The notes: a model not told the origin generated them from the sequence alone. 32,000 bases of DNA from Candidatus Atelocyanobacterium thalassa isolate ALOHA (GCF_000025125.1 NC_013771.1:810001-842000); one strand, 5' to 3'; positions 1-10,150 are shown, counted from the stretch's first letter. Numbers and translations: made by a program.

Positions 1-665
1 CTGATTTCATGATTCACCATGTTCATGCTTTCACTATTCATGTAACTGTTCTTATCCTGTTAAAGGGAGTACTTTATGCTCGTAGTTCTCGTCTTATTCC
101 AGATAAGAATGAACTAGGATTCCGATTCTCTTGTGACGGACCTGGAAGGGGTGGTACTTGCCAAGTTTCTGGTTGGGATCATGTTTTCCTTGGATTATTT
201 TGGATGTACAACTCTCTCTCTGTAGTAATTTTCCACTTCTCTTGGAAAATGCAGTCAGACGTTTGGGGAACAGTATCTTCTAGTGGAGATGTTACACACA
301 CTACTCTAGGTAACTTTGCACAAAGTGCTATTACCATAAATGGTTGGTTAAGAGATTTTCTTTGGGCACAGTCAGTTAATGTAATTAACTCTTACGGCTC
401 TGAGTTATCAGCATATGGAATTATGTTCTTAGCTGGTCACTTTGTCTTTGCCTTTAGTTTAATGTTTCTATTTAGTGGACGTGGTTATTGGCAAGAGCTT
501 ATTGAGTCTATCGTTTGGGCTCATAATAAGTTAAATGTTGCGCCTTCTATTCAACCTCGTGCTTTGAGTATTATTCAAGGACGAGCTGTTGGAGTAACCC
601 ACTTTTTGTTGGGAGGAATTGTAACTACTTGGGCATTCTTCTTAGCAAGAAGTTTATCACTTTAA
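1..665 (+). CDS. psaA: Photosystem I P700 apoprotein A1 (PsaA), C-terminal ~220 codons; the 5' part lies upstream of the window
   Basis: The frame is open from base 3 ([22 protein letters not shown]...) to TAA at 663-665. It contains the FX loop [10 protein letters not shown] and the conserved C-terminal helices ([28 protein letters not shown]). psaB follows ~200 bp downstream, as in psaAB operons. Confidence 0.97.
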   Translation, partial: DFMIHHVHAFTIHVTVLILLKGVLYARSSRLIPDKNELGFRFSCDGPGRGGTCQVSGWDHVFLGLFWMYNSLSVVIFHFSWKMQSDVWGTVSSSGDVTHTTLGNFAQSAITINGWLRDFLWAQSVNVINSYGSELSAYGIMFLAGHFVFAFSLMFLFSGRGYWQELIESIVWAHNKLNVAPSIQPRALSIIQGRAVGVTHFLLGGIVTTWAFFLARSLSL

Positions 666-867
666 TTTGTGGTGGAAGGATTTAGAGAATTAACTGATAG
701 TTCTTTTCTTATTTGTCCTTTACCCCAATTTTGAACAATTTAAACGATCAATTTATATCGTTTTTTCCTAATAATTCATTAGTTACAAAAACTAGTGATG
801 TTTGGAAAATAAATAGCACTTTTGCAACAGCCTCATTGTTTTAGAGAGGAGAATTTCCTAAAAAGCT

Positions 868-3084
868 ATGGCAACTAAATTTCCAAAATTTAGCCAGGAT
901 CTCGCCCAAGATCCAACTACTCGTCGGATCTGGTATGGAATGGCTACGGCCCACGATTTTGAAATCCATGATGGAATGACCGAAGAAAATCTTTATCAGA
1001 AGATTTTCGCTTCTCATTTTGGTCATCTTGCTATCATATTTTTGTGGACTTCCGGTACCCTTTTTCACGTAGCCTGGCAAGGTAACTTCGAACAATGGAT
1101 CAAAGATCCTATTAATATTCATCCTATCGCTCATGCGATATGGGATCCACATTTTGGTAAAGGTGCAATTGATGCCTTTACACAAGCCGGTGCTTCTTCT
1201 CCTGTTAATATCGCTTATTCAGGTGTTTATCATTGGTTTTATACAATTGGTATGACAAGTAATAGCGAGCTTTACCAAGGATCTATTTTCCTTTTGATTC
1301 TTGCTTCGCTATTCTTATTTGCTGGTTGGTTACATTTACAACCTAAGTTTCGTCCAAATTTGGCATGGTTCAAAAATGCTGAATCCCGTCTAAATCATCA
1401 TTTAGCTGGTTTGTTTGGTGTTAGTTCTCTAGCTTGGGCAGGTCACCTGATTCATGTTGCAATTCCTGAATCTCGTGGTCAGCATATACGCTGGAATAAC
1501 TTTTTATCTACTCCTCCTCATCCTGCAGGATTAGAACCGTTTTTCACAGCTAATTGGGGTGTTTATGCACAAAATCCTGATACTGTTAACCATGCTTTTG
1601 GTACAGCCGATGGTTCAGGAACAGCAATATTGACATTTTTAGGTGGTTTTCACCCTCAGACTGAATCACTTTGGTTGACTGATATAGCTCATCATCATTT
1701 GGCAATTGCAGTAATATTTATTATTGCAGGTCATATGTATAGAACTAACTGGGGAATTGGTCATAGTATTAATGAAATACTTGAAGCTCATAACCCTCCT
1801 CTTAGTGACCCATTTCACCATGGAAGATTAGGTGCTGGTCATCGTAATATGTATGACACAGTAAACAATTCTCTTCATTTTCAACTTGGTTTAGCACTGG
1901 CTTCTCTAGGGACTATTACCTCCTTAGTGGCGCAACATATGTATGCCATGCCTTCTTATGCTTTTATAGCCCAAGATCACACTACTCAAGCTGCTCTCTA
2001 TACTCATCATCAGTACATAGCTGGATTTTTGATGGTAGGAGCTTTTGCACATGGTGCAATTTTCTTTGTACGTGATTACGATCCTGAAAGCAATAAAGAT
2101 AATGTTTTAGCTAGAATGCTTGAACACAAAGAAGCAATTATTTCTCACTTAAGTTGGGTATCCTTGTTTCTTGGCTTTCATACTTTAGGGTTATACGTTC
2201 ATAACGATGTAGTAGTAGCTTTTGGAACTCCTGAAAAACAAATTTTAGTTGAACCAATTTTTGCTCAATTTATACAAGCAGCTTCTGGAAAAGTCCTCTA
2301 TGGCTTTGATGTTTTGTTATCTAACCCTGATAGCATGGCTTCTACCGGAGCTGCCTATTTGCCGAATTGGTTAGAAGCGGTTAATAGCAGTAAAAATTCA
2401 TTGTTTATTGATATTGGTCCTGGTGATTTCTTAGTGCATCATGCCATTGCTCTTGGCCTACATACTACTGTCTTAACTTTAGTCAAAGGTGCATTAGATG
2501 CTAGAGGCTCTAAACTAATGCCTGATAAGAAAGATTTTGGTTATGCTTTTCCTTGTGATGGGCCTGGCCGCGGAGGTACTTGTGATATTTCTGCTTGGGA
2601 TTCTTTCTATCTAGCAATGTTTTGGATGCTTAACACAATAGGGTGGGTAACCTTCTATTGGCATTGGAAACACTTAGGTATTTGGTCTGGTAATGTAGCT
2701 CAGTTTAACGAAAATTCAACCTACATAATGGGTTGGGTACGTGATTATCTCTGGGCTAACTCAGCTCAATTAATTAATGGATATAATCCATATGGAACAA
2801 ATAATTTATCCGTTTGGGCTTGGATGTTCCTTCTAGGACATCTAGTCTGGGCAACTGGATTTATGTTCTTAATTTCCTGGCGTGGTTACTGGCAAGAGTT
2901 GATAGAAACACTTGTTTGGGCACATGAGCAAACACCATTAGCTAACCTAGTACAATGGAAAGACAAACCAGTTGCTCTTTCTATTCTACAAGCTCGCTTA
3001 GTTGGTTTAACTCATTTCACAGTAGGTTATGTACTAACCTATGCCGCCTTTCTTATTGCTTCAACAGCTAGTAAATTCGGCTAG
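868..3084 (+). CDS. psaB: Photosystem I P700 apoprotein A2 (PsaB), full length, 738 aa
   Basis: N-terminus [26 protein letters not shown] motif [15 protein letters not shown], and C-terminus [13 protein letters not shown]...STASKFG are canonical PsaB. A GAGGAG lies upstream of the ATG. Confidence 0.98.
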   Translation: MATKFPKFSQDLAQDPTTRRIWYGMATAHDFEIHDGMTEENLYQKIFASHFGHLAIIFLWTSGTLFHVAWQGNFEQWIKDPINIHPIAHAIWDPHFGKGAIDAFTQAGASSPVNIAYSGVYHWFYTIGMTSNSELYQGSIFLLILASLFLFAGWLHLQPKFRPNLAWFKNAESRLNHHLAGLFGVSSLAWAGHLIHVAIPESRGQHIRWNNFLSTPPHPAGLEPFFTANWGVYAQNPDTVNHAFGTADGSGTAILTFLGGFHPQTESLWLTDIAHHHLAIAVIFIIAGHMYRTNWGIGHSINEILEAHNPPLSDPFHHGRLGAGHRNMYDTVNNSLHFQLGLALASLGTITSLVAQHMYAMPSYAFIAQDHTTQAALYTHHQYIAGFLMVGAFAHGAIFFVRDYDPESNKDNVLARMLEHKEAIISHLSWVSLFLGFHTLGLYVHNDVVVAFGTPEKQILVEPIFAQFIQAASGKVLYGFDVLLSNPDSMASTGAAYLPNWLEAVNSSKNSLFIDIGPGDFLVHHAIALGLHTTVLTLVKGALDARGSKLMPDKKDFGYAFPCDGPGRGGTCDISAWDSFYLAMFWMLNTIGWVTFYWHWKHLGIWSGNVAQFNENSTYIMGWVRDYLWANSAQLINGYNPYGTNNLSVWAWMFLLGHLVWATGFMFLISWRGYWQELIETLVWAHEQTPLANLVQWKDKPVALSILQARLVGLTHFTVGYVLTYAAFLIASTASKFG

Positions 3085-3123
3085 AAAAAGTTATTGCTTA
3101 AAGCATAACTCAGTTTAAAAACG

Positions 3124-3163
3124 AAATCTTCTGTCTTATATTAAGGCAGAAGATTTTGTTTTT
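3124..3163. terminator. Rho-independent terminator hairpin shared by convergent psaB and the thioesterase gene
   Basis: A 14-bp stem (aaatcttctgtctt / aaggcagaagattt, one G-U pair) with a 5-nt loop, followed by ttttgttttt on the + strand. An A-tract on the left makes it usable from both directions. Confidence 0.7.
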
Positions 3164-3185
3164 AAATTGATAACTTTTTGGAGTA

Positions 3186-3605
3186 TTACTCATTTATGAC
3201 ATGATGTTTTTTGTGTAGCCATCTAAGAATAGACGATTCAAGAGTAACTCTTTGACGACTATTAATATCAATAGACACATGAGTAGTTTTCGCTACTGCA
3301 GAGTATCTGCTAGGAATTGATTCAGAAAATATATAGTAAATAACACTAAATTCAGTATTACTATAATGATTAATTGAGGTATCTAATCGTAAGTTATAAC
3401 CACAAAATAAAGGTTGATAAAAATCAATCTCAGCATGAGTAATAGGAATAGCAGTTTCAGAGTTCAAAAATAAATTTTTTAGATCAATTCCTATTAATTG
3501 AAGCTCTTTTTCATAAGCTTCATGGCAAATTGATAATAAGGAGGCAAAATATACAACTCCTGCTGAATCAGTGTCTGAAAGATGAATAGTTCGATAATAG
3601 CTCAT
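3186..3605 (-). CDS. 4HBT-type hotdog-fold acyl-CoA thioesterase, probably 1,4-dihydroxy-2-naphthoyl-CoA hydrolase (phylloquinone pathway)
   Basis: 139 aa. The N-terminal motif TIHLSDTDSAGVVYFASLLSICHEAYE (D-x-D-x-x-G-V-V-Y-F) is typical of the cyanobacterial Slr0204-type DHNA-CoA thioesterase family. The position next to psaAB fits a PSI cofactor role. The family call is firmer than the substrate call. Confidence 0.7.
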   Translation of the reverse strand: MSYYRTIHLSDTDSAGVVYFASLLSICHEAYEKELQLIGIDLKNLFLNSETAIPITHAEIDFYQPLFCGYNLRLDTSINHYSNTEFSVIYYIFSESIPSRYSAVAKTTHVSIDINSRQRVTLESSILRWLHKKHHVINE

Positions 3606-3637
3606 TTATTTACCATATGTTAACTAGATTAGCAATT

Positions 3638-4183
3638 TTAAATATTAATACTATTAGATAATAAATTACTAGAATACTTAATCACGATATAAATTGATGT
3701 CATACTAAATAGTATTACAGACATGACTTCTGGGAAAAAACCAAATATTTTTAAAGTTGCAATACCTAAACCGAAATAGTTGGCTGCTAAAACAAAGATT
3801 CTTTGGGAAACACCATAATATTCAATTAGTATTTTTCTTGATGTTAGGATATTTACTTTAGCAAAAGAATTAAAAAATATTAGACTAATTAGGATTATTA
3901 TAATGCTCCAGTCTTGAGAAAAAGACACTAAATAAAAACCTAGTAGCTCTGTAGCAATAGTAATACTAGTAACAATTAAAAAATTATCAAGCTGAGGGTT
4001 TTTTAGATATTTTTTAGATATTTTAATCTTTTTTAAATCTACTATAGCCATCCTCCCTTGCTCTAAACACATTATGGAAATAGTTAAACATAAAATTTTA
4101 CTACACCAATCTTCATTTATAGTAAGCTGATAAACACTATTTACTTCGGCAAAAAAAAATAATAAAAGTATCATAATATTCAA
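3638..4183 (-). CDS. Hypothetical multi-pass membrane protein (181 aa, 4-5 predicted TM segments), no recognisable motif
   Basis: A 546-nt open frame in very AT-rich DNA, where stop codons are frequent, is unlikely by chance. It has hydrophobic stretches such as FLIVTSITIATELLGFYLV, IIIILISLIFFNSF and VMSVILFSMTSIYIVI. It ends 32 bp upstream of the thioesterase start on the same strand, so the two are probably co-transcribed. The start codon is uncertain. Confidence 0.5.
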   Translation of the reverse strand: MNIMILLLFFFAEVNSVYQLTINEDWCSKILCLTISIMCLEQGRMAIVDLKKIKISKKYLKNPQLDNFLIVTSITIATELLGFYLVSFSQDWSIIIILISLIFFNSFAKVNILTSRKILIEYYGVSQRIFVLAANYFGLGIATLKIFGFFPEVMSVILFSMTSIYIVIKYSSNLLSNSINI

Positions 4184-4568
4184 TTTTAAATAAAGAAGTT
4201 AACGAAAAGATTATTGTCTAAAAACACTTACAATAATTTGTTTTTTATATTAACTTCAATAATTCTTACACATAGTAATTATTATTAGAGGAATGTACAG
4301 TTCGTTATTGAAAATGAAAGTGCTAAGCTTGTAGTTAAATTACTTTAATCCATAGAATGTATAGTTTTAGCTTATAAGTTGCTTTTGATTTTTTAAAAAT
4401 TTTATTATTGATTTTTGATATTCTTACATTATATCAACTAGTATCAGTGGTAATAAGGAAAAAATTGAACTTAAGATATGTAAACATAAGACACTATAAA
4501 CTGAAATGACAAGGGAACTCACATGAAAGCTTTTTCCACAAAATAAATCATTTGATAAAGTCATTTTC

Positions 4569-6818
4569 TTGAAAAAACAAGATTTACAAGTAGAAGGAAT
4601 GGAATGTTCTGCTTGTACACTAGCTATTGAGAAAGCTGTTAAAAAAATTTCCGGCATTGAAGAATGTAATATTAATTTTGCGCTAAAAAGAATCACTATT
4701 CTCTATTACCCTTATCAAACAAGCGTAAAAGAAATTATTTCTACTATTAAAAATTTAGGATATGGAGCTTATATCCTAGATACTCAAAAAAATAGATTAG
4801 TTAATAATGGACAGTTGAAAAAACATTATTATTTATTTAGCAAAGTAGTTCTGGGAAGTGTCGTAAGTTTAATTTTGGTTTTTATTTCCTTGCCAGAGAT
4901 GATTGGTTTACCTATTCATTTGATTCCTGATTATTTATATAATCCTAAGTTGCAGTTAATTTTAAGTAGCCCAGTAGTTTTCTGGTGCGGAGAATCTTTC
5001 TACAGAGGAGCGTTTAAATCTTTAAGTCAGGCAACTACTAATATGAATACGTTAGTAACGATGGGAACGGGAACTGCTTTCTTTTATTCTGTCTTTATAA
5101 CTTTTTTCCCTGATATTTTGATTTCTCATGGATTAACTACTAATGTCTATTATGAGGTATCAGTAGTTATTATTACCTTAATTTTATTAGGTAAATTATT
5201 AGAAAATAATGCACGTGAAAAAACTACAGAAACAATTAAAAATTTAATAGGGTTACAAGCAAAGACAGCCCGAGTAATACGTAACAACATAACTCAAGAT
5301 ATTGTAATTGATGATGTTTTGATTAATGATATTGTTATTGTACGTCCAGGAGAAAAAATACCAGTTGACGGGAAAGTGGTTGAAGGAAAATCAACTATTG
5401 ATGAGTCTATGGTTACAGGAGAAAGTCTTCCTGTGGAAAAAATAGTTGGCGACCAAGTAATAGGAGCTACTATTAATAAAACTGGAAGTTTTAAATTTCA
5501 AGCCCAGAAAATCGGAAAAGATACCGTATTATCGCAAATAATCGAGCTAGTAGAAGATGCTCAGAGTAGTAAAGCACCTATACAGAAAATAGCTGATATT
5601 GTTATTAGTGTTTTTGTTCCAATTGTTATAGGAATTGGAATAATTACTTTTTCAGTTTGGCTGATATTTTTTAACAACCTGTCTTTAGCGATAGTAACAA
5701 CAATTAATGTTTTAATTATTGCTTGTCCTTGTGCCTTAGGTTTAGCAACACCTACGTCAATCATAGTAGGAACTGGTAAAGGTGCAGAACATGGTATTTT
5801 AATTAAAGGAGCAGATAGCTTAGAATTAGCACATAAATTACAAATAATTGTATTAGACAAAACAGGAACTATTACCGAAGGTCATCCTAAGGTTACTGAC
5901 TATATAGTTTCTGATGACGAGAATAGTCTTAATTATTTAATGCTAGCTACGGCAGTTGAAAAATATTCTGAGCATCCTTTGTCAGAAGCAATCATTAACT
6001 ATGCCAATTCTTTCGAGATTAATTACGACTTATTAAATGTTGAGAATTTTGAGGCAGTAACTGGATTAGGTGTACAAGGAGAAATTAATCAAAATTTAGT
6101 ACAGATTGGAACACAACATTGGATGGAAGAATTAGAAGTCAATATTAGTAATTTTTCAAATCAAGCCAATATACTAAAAAAACAAGCAAAAACAGTCGTT
6201 TGGATAGCAATTAACGGTAAGATGAAAGGCTTATTTGCAATATCCGATACTATTAAACCATCATCTATAGAAGCTATCAAATATCTTAAACAACTAGGCT
6301 TACAAATAATTATGCTCAGTGGAGATAACTTACAGACAGCTGAAGCAGTAGCTACTGAAGTTAGTATATATAAGACCTTTGCGCAGGTTCTCCCTAACGA
6401 AAAAGTAGAAAAAATAAGAGAACTTCAACAATCGTTAAAGAAAGTTGTTGGGATGGTTGGAGACGGCATCAACGATGCCCCTGCATTAGCGCAGGCAGAT
6501 GTTGGTATCGCAGTTGGGACAGGAACAGACATTGCAATATCAGCTAGTGATATTACTTTAATTTCAGGAGATTTAAGAAAAATCGCAGTAGCAATTCAGT
6601 TAAGTCGTGCGACTATGAACAACATTCGTCAAAATCTCTTTTTTGCTTTTATATATAATATAATAGGAATTCCTATTGCAGCAGGCATTTTATATCCATC
6701 ATATGGTATCTTGTTAAATCCAATGATTGCTGGGGCTGCGATGGCTTTTAGTTCATTATCTGTTGTTTCTAACTCCTTAAGGTTAAGAAATTTTAGGCAA
6801 AAGAAATTTTTTATTTAA
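4569..6818 (+). CDS. Copper(I)-translocating P1B-type ATPase (CtaA/PacS class) with one N-terminal HMA domain
   Basis: Motifs: GMECSAC (MxCxxC metal-binding domain), TGES, the CPC transmembrane metal site ([11 protein letters not shown]), DKTGT phosphorylation site, [13 protein letters not shown]. The first in-frame start after the upstream stop (TGA 4524-4526) is TTG at 4569. The next ATG (4599) would cut off the first beta-strand of the HMA fold. Confidence 0.93.
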   Translation: MKKQDLQVEGMECSACTLAIEKAVKKISGIEECNINFALKRITILYYPYQTSVKEIISTIKNLGYGAYILDTQKNRLVNNGQLKKHYYLFSKVVLGSVVSLILVFISLPEMIGLPIHLIPDYLYNPKLQLILSSPVVFWCGESFYRGAFKSLSQATTNMNTLVTMGTGTAFFYSVFITFFPDILISHGLTTNVYYEVSVVIITLILLGKLLENNAREKTTETIKNLIGLQAKTARVIRNNITQDIVIDDVLINDIVIVRPGEKIPVDGKVVEGKSTIDESMVTGESLPVEKIVGDQVIGATINKTGSFKFQAQKIGKDTVLSQIIELVEDAQSSKAPIQKIADIVISVFVPIVIGIGIITFSVWLIFFNNLSLAIVTTINVLIIACPCALGLATPTSIIVGTGKGAEHGILIKGADSLELAHKLQIIVLDKTGTITEGHPKVTDYIVSDDENSLNYLMLATAVEKYSEHPLSEAIINYANSFEINYDLLNVENFEAVTGLGVQGEINQNLVQIGTQHWMEELEVNISNFSNQANILKKQAKTVVWIAINGKMKGLFAISDTIKPSSIEAIKYLKQLGLQIIMLSGDNLQTAEAVATEVSIYKTFAQVLPNEKVEKIRELQQSLKKVVGMVGDGINDAPALAQADVGIAVGTGTDIAISASDITLISGDLRKIAVAIQLSRATMNNIRQNLFFAFIYNIIGIPIAAGILYPSYGILLNPMIAGAAMAFSSLSVVSNSLRLRNFRQKKFFI

Positions 6819-6821
6819 GAT

Positions 6822-6904
6822 TAAATGATAAATTATTATCAAATAAGTAACCCTCGTACTTCTTTAGTACGAGGGTTACTTATTTGATAATAATTTATCA
6901 TTTA
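6822..6904. terminator. 83-nt perfect inverted repeat (38-bp arms, 7-nt spacer) between convergent ATPase and clpP3; probable bidirectional terminator, unusually long
   Basis: I base-paired every position from 6822-6859 with 6904-6867 and found no mismatch. The GC-containing core is taaccctcgtac/gtacgagggtta, and the AT-only arms extend a further ~26 bp on each side. Confidence 0.75.
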
Positions 6905-6914
6905 TGGATATGGA

Positions 6915-7511
6915 TTAAGTTCTTTCCTCAATTACTTGATCGATTAATCCGTAATTTTTGGCTTCTTCTGCAGATAAGAAATAGTCTCTATCTGTATCTT
7001 TCTCGATCTTTTCAAGAGGCTGTCCACACTTAGTAGCTAAAATATTATTTAATTGAGCACGAATACGTAATATTTCATTAGCTTCAATTTCAATATCTGA
7101 TGCTTGGCGTCGCCCTGTACCTCCCATAGGTTGGTGAATCATGATTCGGGCATGGGGTAGTGCCAGACGTTTTCCTGGAGTTCCTGCTGCTAATAAAAAT
7201 GATCCCATAGAGGCAGCTAAGCCAACACAAATGGTGATCACTTCTGATCTGATATATTGCATTGTGTCAAATATAGCCATACCAGCTGTTACAGAACCAC
7301 CAGGAGAGTTTATGTAAAGATAAATTGGCTTACTTGAATCTTCAGAGTCGAGATACAACAAGAGAGCAACAATACGGTTGGCAATACCATCAGTTACTTC
7401 TTGACTAAGAAAAATTATTCGTTCCTGACCTAAGCGAGTATAAATATCAATCCATCGTTCATACTGACTACCAGGAAGACGATAAGGAACACTAGGAATA
7501 CCAATGGGCAT
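6915..7511 (-). CDS. clpP: ATP-dependent Clp protease proteolytic subunit, ClpP3 type
   Basis: 198 aa, [27 protein letters not shown]... The catalytic triad context is intact: GLAASMG (Ser), IMIHQP (His), DTDRDYF (Asp). It lies 44 bp downstream of clpR, as in the Synechocystis slr0164-slr0165 pair. Confidence 0.95.
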   Translation of the reverse strand: MPIGIPSVPYRLPGSQYERWIDIYTRLGQERIIFLSQEVTDGIANRIVALLLYLDSEDSSKPIYLYINSPGGSVTAGMAIFDTMQYIRSEVITICVGLAASMGSFLLAAGTPGKRLALPHARIMIHQPMGGTGRRQASDIEIEANEILRIRAQLNNILATKCGQPLEKIEKDTDRDYFLSAEEAKNYGLIDQVIEERT

Positions 7512-7555
7512 AGCTTTAAATTAAATATTTGGATAGTCTGAAAACAAGCCAGTGG

Positions 7556-8236
7556 TCAATTAATAATGCTGGCAGATTTTGGAAGTTCTTTAGTACTTTC
7601 TAGTACACGATCAATGAGTCCGTATTCTTTCGCCTTTTCGGGTGTTAGATAAAATGTGCGGTCTATATCTTTCGATATTTTATCGACAGCTTGCCCTGTA
7701 TTTTTAGAAAGAATCTGCAACATAGTACTTTTGTTACTTAATACTTCTTTAGCACGAATTTGAATATCTGTTGCTTGACCTTGTGCACCAGAACGATTCT
7801 GATTTAAAACAATAGTTGCATGAGGAAGACTAGCTCGACAACCTTTTGTTCCTGCGGATAGTATCATGGCTGCAGTCCCCATAGCCTGACCGATACATAT
7901 AGTATGAATTGGAGGTTTTACATAATTCATTGTATCGCAAATTGCAAAAGCTTCTGTCTCAAATCCTACTGCATCTCCAGTGTGCCAAGATGTACCTGTA
8001 GAGTTAATGTAAAAAAAAATAGGTTTATCAGGATTATCAAATTGCAAATAAAGCAATTGGGCGATAATAAGTTGGGTCACATCGATTCCTACTTGTTGCT
8101 TAACCTCATCAGAGGAAAAAAGAGGTAAACCCAAGTAAATAATACGCTCTTTAAGTAATAGGGATTCTAAATCCGGTGGAGGAGTACGAAAATTTGCATC
8201 TCCATAGTAAGCGGACTGAACTGCCTTAATTTCCAT
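7556..8236 (-). CDS. clpR: ClpR, a catalytically inactive ClpP paralogue
   Basis: It aligns with ClpP3 but Ser->Gly (GQAMGTAAM), His->Asn (IVLNQN) and Asp->Thr (IDRTFY). I prefer the ATG at 8236 (MEIKAVQSAYYGD...) over the TTG at 8260 given in the ORF track. Confidence 0.9.
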   Translation of the reverse strand: MEIKAVQSAYYGDANFRTPPPDLESLLLKERIIYLGLPLFSSDEVKQQVGIDVTQLIIAQLLYLQFDNPDKPIFFYINSTGTSWHTGDAVGFETEAFAICDTMNYVKPPIHTICIGQAMGTAAMILSAGTKGCRASLPHATIVLNQNRSGAQGQATDIQIRAKEVLSNKSTMLQILSKNTGQAVDKISKDIDRTFYLTPEKAKEYGLIDRVLESTKELPKSASIIN

Positions 8237-8923
8237 TAGATAGTTTTTTTGTCTAAACAAACGGTAAGTAGAAAATGCTTTAGTTTAATTTTAATGAGTT
8301 TTAAAAGTAAATCATTAAAATAAAAGTTACTCTGAAGATTCAATTATTAATTAAAACTCAGGTAAGCTTAAAAGGCGAAACTTTTATGCTTAATCATACT
8401 TTTTATACACATACTATTATAGTATATTTCTTCTGACATTAAATAAATTAAAAATCATGGCTTTTATAAAATTACTTAGTGATGTGCAGTGATGATGTAA
8501 AAAAGTATAAGTTTAATTTCTTTTTATAGGTTAAGTCTTGCTGAAATCATTGCTATGGAAGAAGAAATAATAATTGCTAGTTTGGATAATGAAAATATTC
8601 ATACCAACTTAAACCTAGCTATTAAATCACACAAATTTTTTTTATGATAAGGATTTTAAGAACTATAGATAAATTTTCTAAATGTTTTCATGAAAAATTA
8701 AAAGAGGTAAAGAAAGAAAATCATCGAATAAAATTAAAGAATTACGGTAAATTTTTACAAACCGTAATACAATAGACACCATCTTTAATAAAAATCTGTC
8801 TTCAATTCGGAACTCTCATGGTAAAAGTTCGAGATCTTTGTTTGCCAGAAACTTCATAATAATTTATTGGGACCTTATAAGTTAAATAAGCATATGTTAA
8901 AGTTGGCGTGAGGAGTGAAATTA

Positions 8924-9736
8924 ATGAATTTGCAAAATGATGCTCTAAAGGCTCTTAAAGAAACCAGTAGAACTTTCTACATACCAATTAGTCGTCTTCC
9001 TGACAATTTGCGTGAAGCCGTTGCTTCAGCCTACCTTTGTATGCGCGCTATTGATGAAGTTGAAGATCATCCTGATATTGAAAACTTCATTAAAGCTAAA
9101 ATTCTGCGACAAATGAGTCTTAATTTACAAGCTGTAAATGAAAAATCAGGAATTAAAGATTTTTCAGCAGATTTGGCACCTTATGAAAATATTTTGCCAG
9201 ATGTCAGCTTACAGTTAGGAAAATGGGCTTTATTAGCTCCAAACACCATTGCACCTCGTATTTGGGATGCAACAGCAGCAATGGCTGATAGAATGGCTTA
9301 TTGGACTGAAAATAATTGGACAATTCGTACAGAAGCTCATTTAAATCAATACACTTTTAGTGTAGCTGGTGCAGTAGGAATACTTCTATCAGATTTATGG
9401 TCTTGGCATGATGGTACTCAAACAAGTCGTCAATATGCGATTGGTTTTGGGAGAGGTTTACAGGCTGTTAACATTATTCGTAATCATCGAGAAGATTTAA
9501 ATCGTGGAGTAAGCTTCATTCCTCAAGGTTGGCATATAAAAGATGTGTATAAATATGCTCGCTATAATCTCACATTAGCGGATCTTTATACTAAGTCTCT
9601 TGATTCAGGACCTGCACTAGATTTCTGTAAAATCCCCTTAGCTCTAGCTCATGGGACATTAGACGTAATAGCTTTAGGAAAAGACAAACTTAGTCGTAGT
9701 GATGTAATGGCTTTGGTTCAACAAGTAACACATTAA
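8924..9736 (+). CDS. Short squalene/phytoene synthase family protein (~270 aa), function unassigned
   Basis: The first Asp-rich motif is present (YLCMRAIDEVED = DxxxD). A second-motif-like region reads VNIIRNHREDLNRGVSFIP. AGGAG at 8911-8915 is spaced 8 nt from ATG 8924, so I prefer that start to GTG 8915. Confidence 0.8.
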   Translation: MNLQNDALKALKETSRTFYIPISRLPDNLREAVASAYLCMRAIDEVEDHPDIENFIKAKILRQMSLNLQAVNEKSGIKDFSADLAPYENILPDVSLQLGKWALLAPNTIAPRIWDATAAMADRMAYWTENNWTIRTEAHLNQYTFSVAGAVGILLSDLWSWHDGTQTSRQYAIGFGRGLQAVNIIRNHREDLNRGVSFIPQGWHIKDVYKYARYNLTLADLYTKSLDSGPALDFCKIPLALAHGTLDVIALGKDKLSRSDVMALVQQVTH

Positions 9737-10115
9737 GTTGCTAATAAAAGGAACGTTAAACTATTTGCTAAATTAAACTCTTTTTGAGAGAATTATTTTT
9801 TACTCTAATTTGTAATACATTATTTTATTTAACTAACAGTATCTAAACATATTTTAAATATTATTGGTCAAATCGAGATATGAAAATATAAAATGTATTG
9901 AATAGTTTTAAATAATTTTGCTTATTTTGTTTAACTATTTAAAAAATAGTTATATTAAAATATGGTAATCTTTTAACCATTTTAGGCTAAAGTTCACTTT
10001 TCTTTCATTCGTGTAGATCTTAAATCCTACCTGTTTTAATTCAAGGTTTGTTAAGATAATAGGTTGAAGCACATTAAAATAGTATTTAGTACTATTTTTC
10101 CTAATCATCAAAGTC

Positions 10116-10150
10116 ATAAAGGAAGTGGGCTAATTACCCACTTCCTTTAT
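10116..10150 (+). terminator. Terminator-like hairpin 20 bp upstream of the rimP start codon (possible operon leader/attenuator, or the end of an unannotated transcript)
   Basis: A 14-bp perfect stem (ataaaggaagtggg / cccacttcctttat) with a 7-nt loop ctaatta; the 3' arm ends in ccttt and runs into attg. Confidence 0.45.

Noticed and set aside
742-766. 7-bp hairpin (aaacgat/atcgttt) plus T-run in the psaA-psaB spacer, a possible internal terminator
   Set aside because: The stem has only two G-C pairs and psaA-psaB are normally co-transcribed. It is too weak to call from sequence alone.
841-1185. 114-aa ORF antisense to the 5' end of psaB
   Set aside because: It overlaps a near-perfectly conserved psaB reading frame, shows no motif, and has a composition typical of a shadow ORF.
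4424-4696. 90-aa minus-strand ORF spanning the ATPase promoter and start region
   Set aside because: It overlaps the HMA-domain coding region of the ATPase in antisense and has a low-complexity hydrophobic translation with no motif. It is most likely a chance ORF.
8237-8260. TTG-extended N-termini offered by the ORF track for clpR (8260), the synthase-like gene (GTG 8915), remA (TTG 21940) and the LpxB-related gene (TTG 29066)
   Set aside because: In each case a downstream ATG coincides with the start of homology ([50 protein letters not shown]), and for 8924 an AGGAG sits at the right spacing. The extensions add unconserved residues.
8827-8833. GTTCGAG string resembling a tRNA T-loop in the long spacer
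   Set aside because: The flanking 5-nt segments are not complementary, so there is no T-stem, and no acceptor or anticodon arms could be built. I found no tRNA-like GC-rich block in any spacer.
8908-8916. The minus strand reads ACUCCUCAC, resembling the conserved single-stranded motif of the cyanobacterial sRNA Yfr1
   Set aside because: On the plus strand the same bases are simply the Shine-Dalgarno region (GUGAGGAGU) 8 nt before the ATG at 8924. I found no flanking stem-loops or U-tailed terminator on the minus strand.
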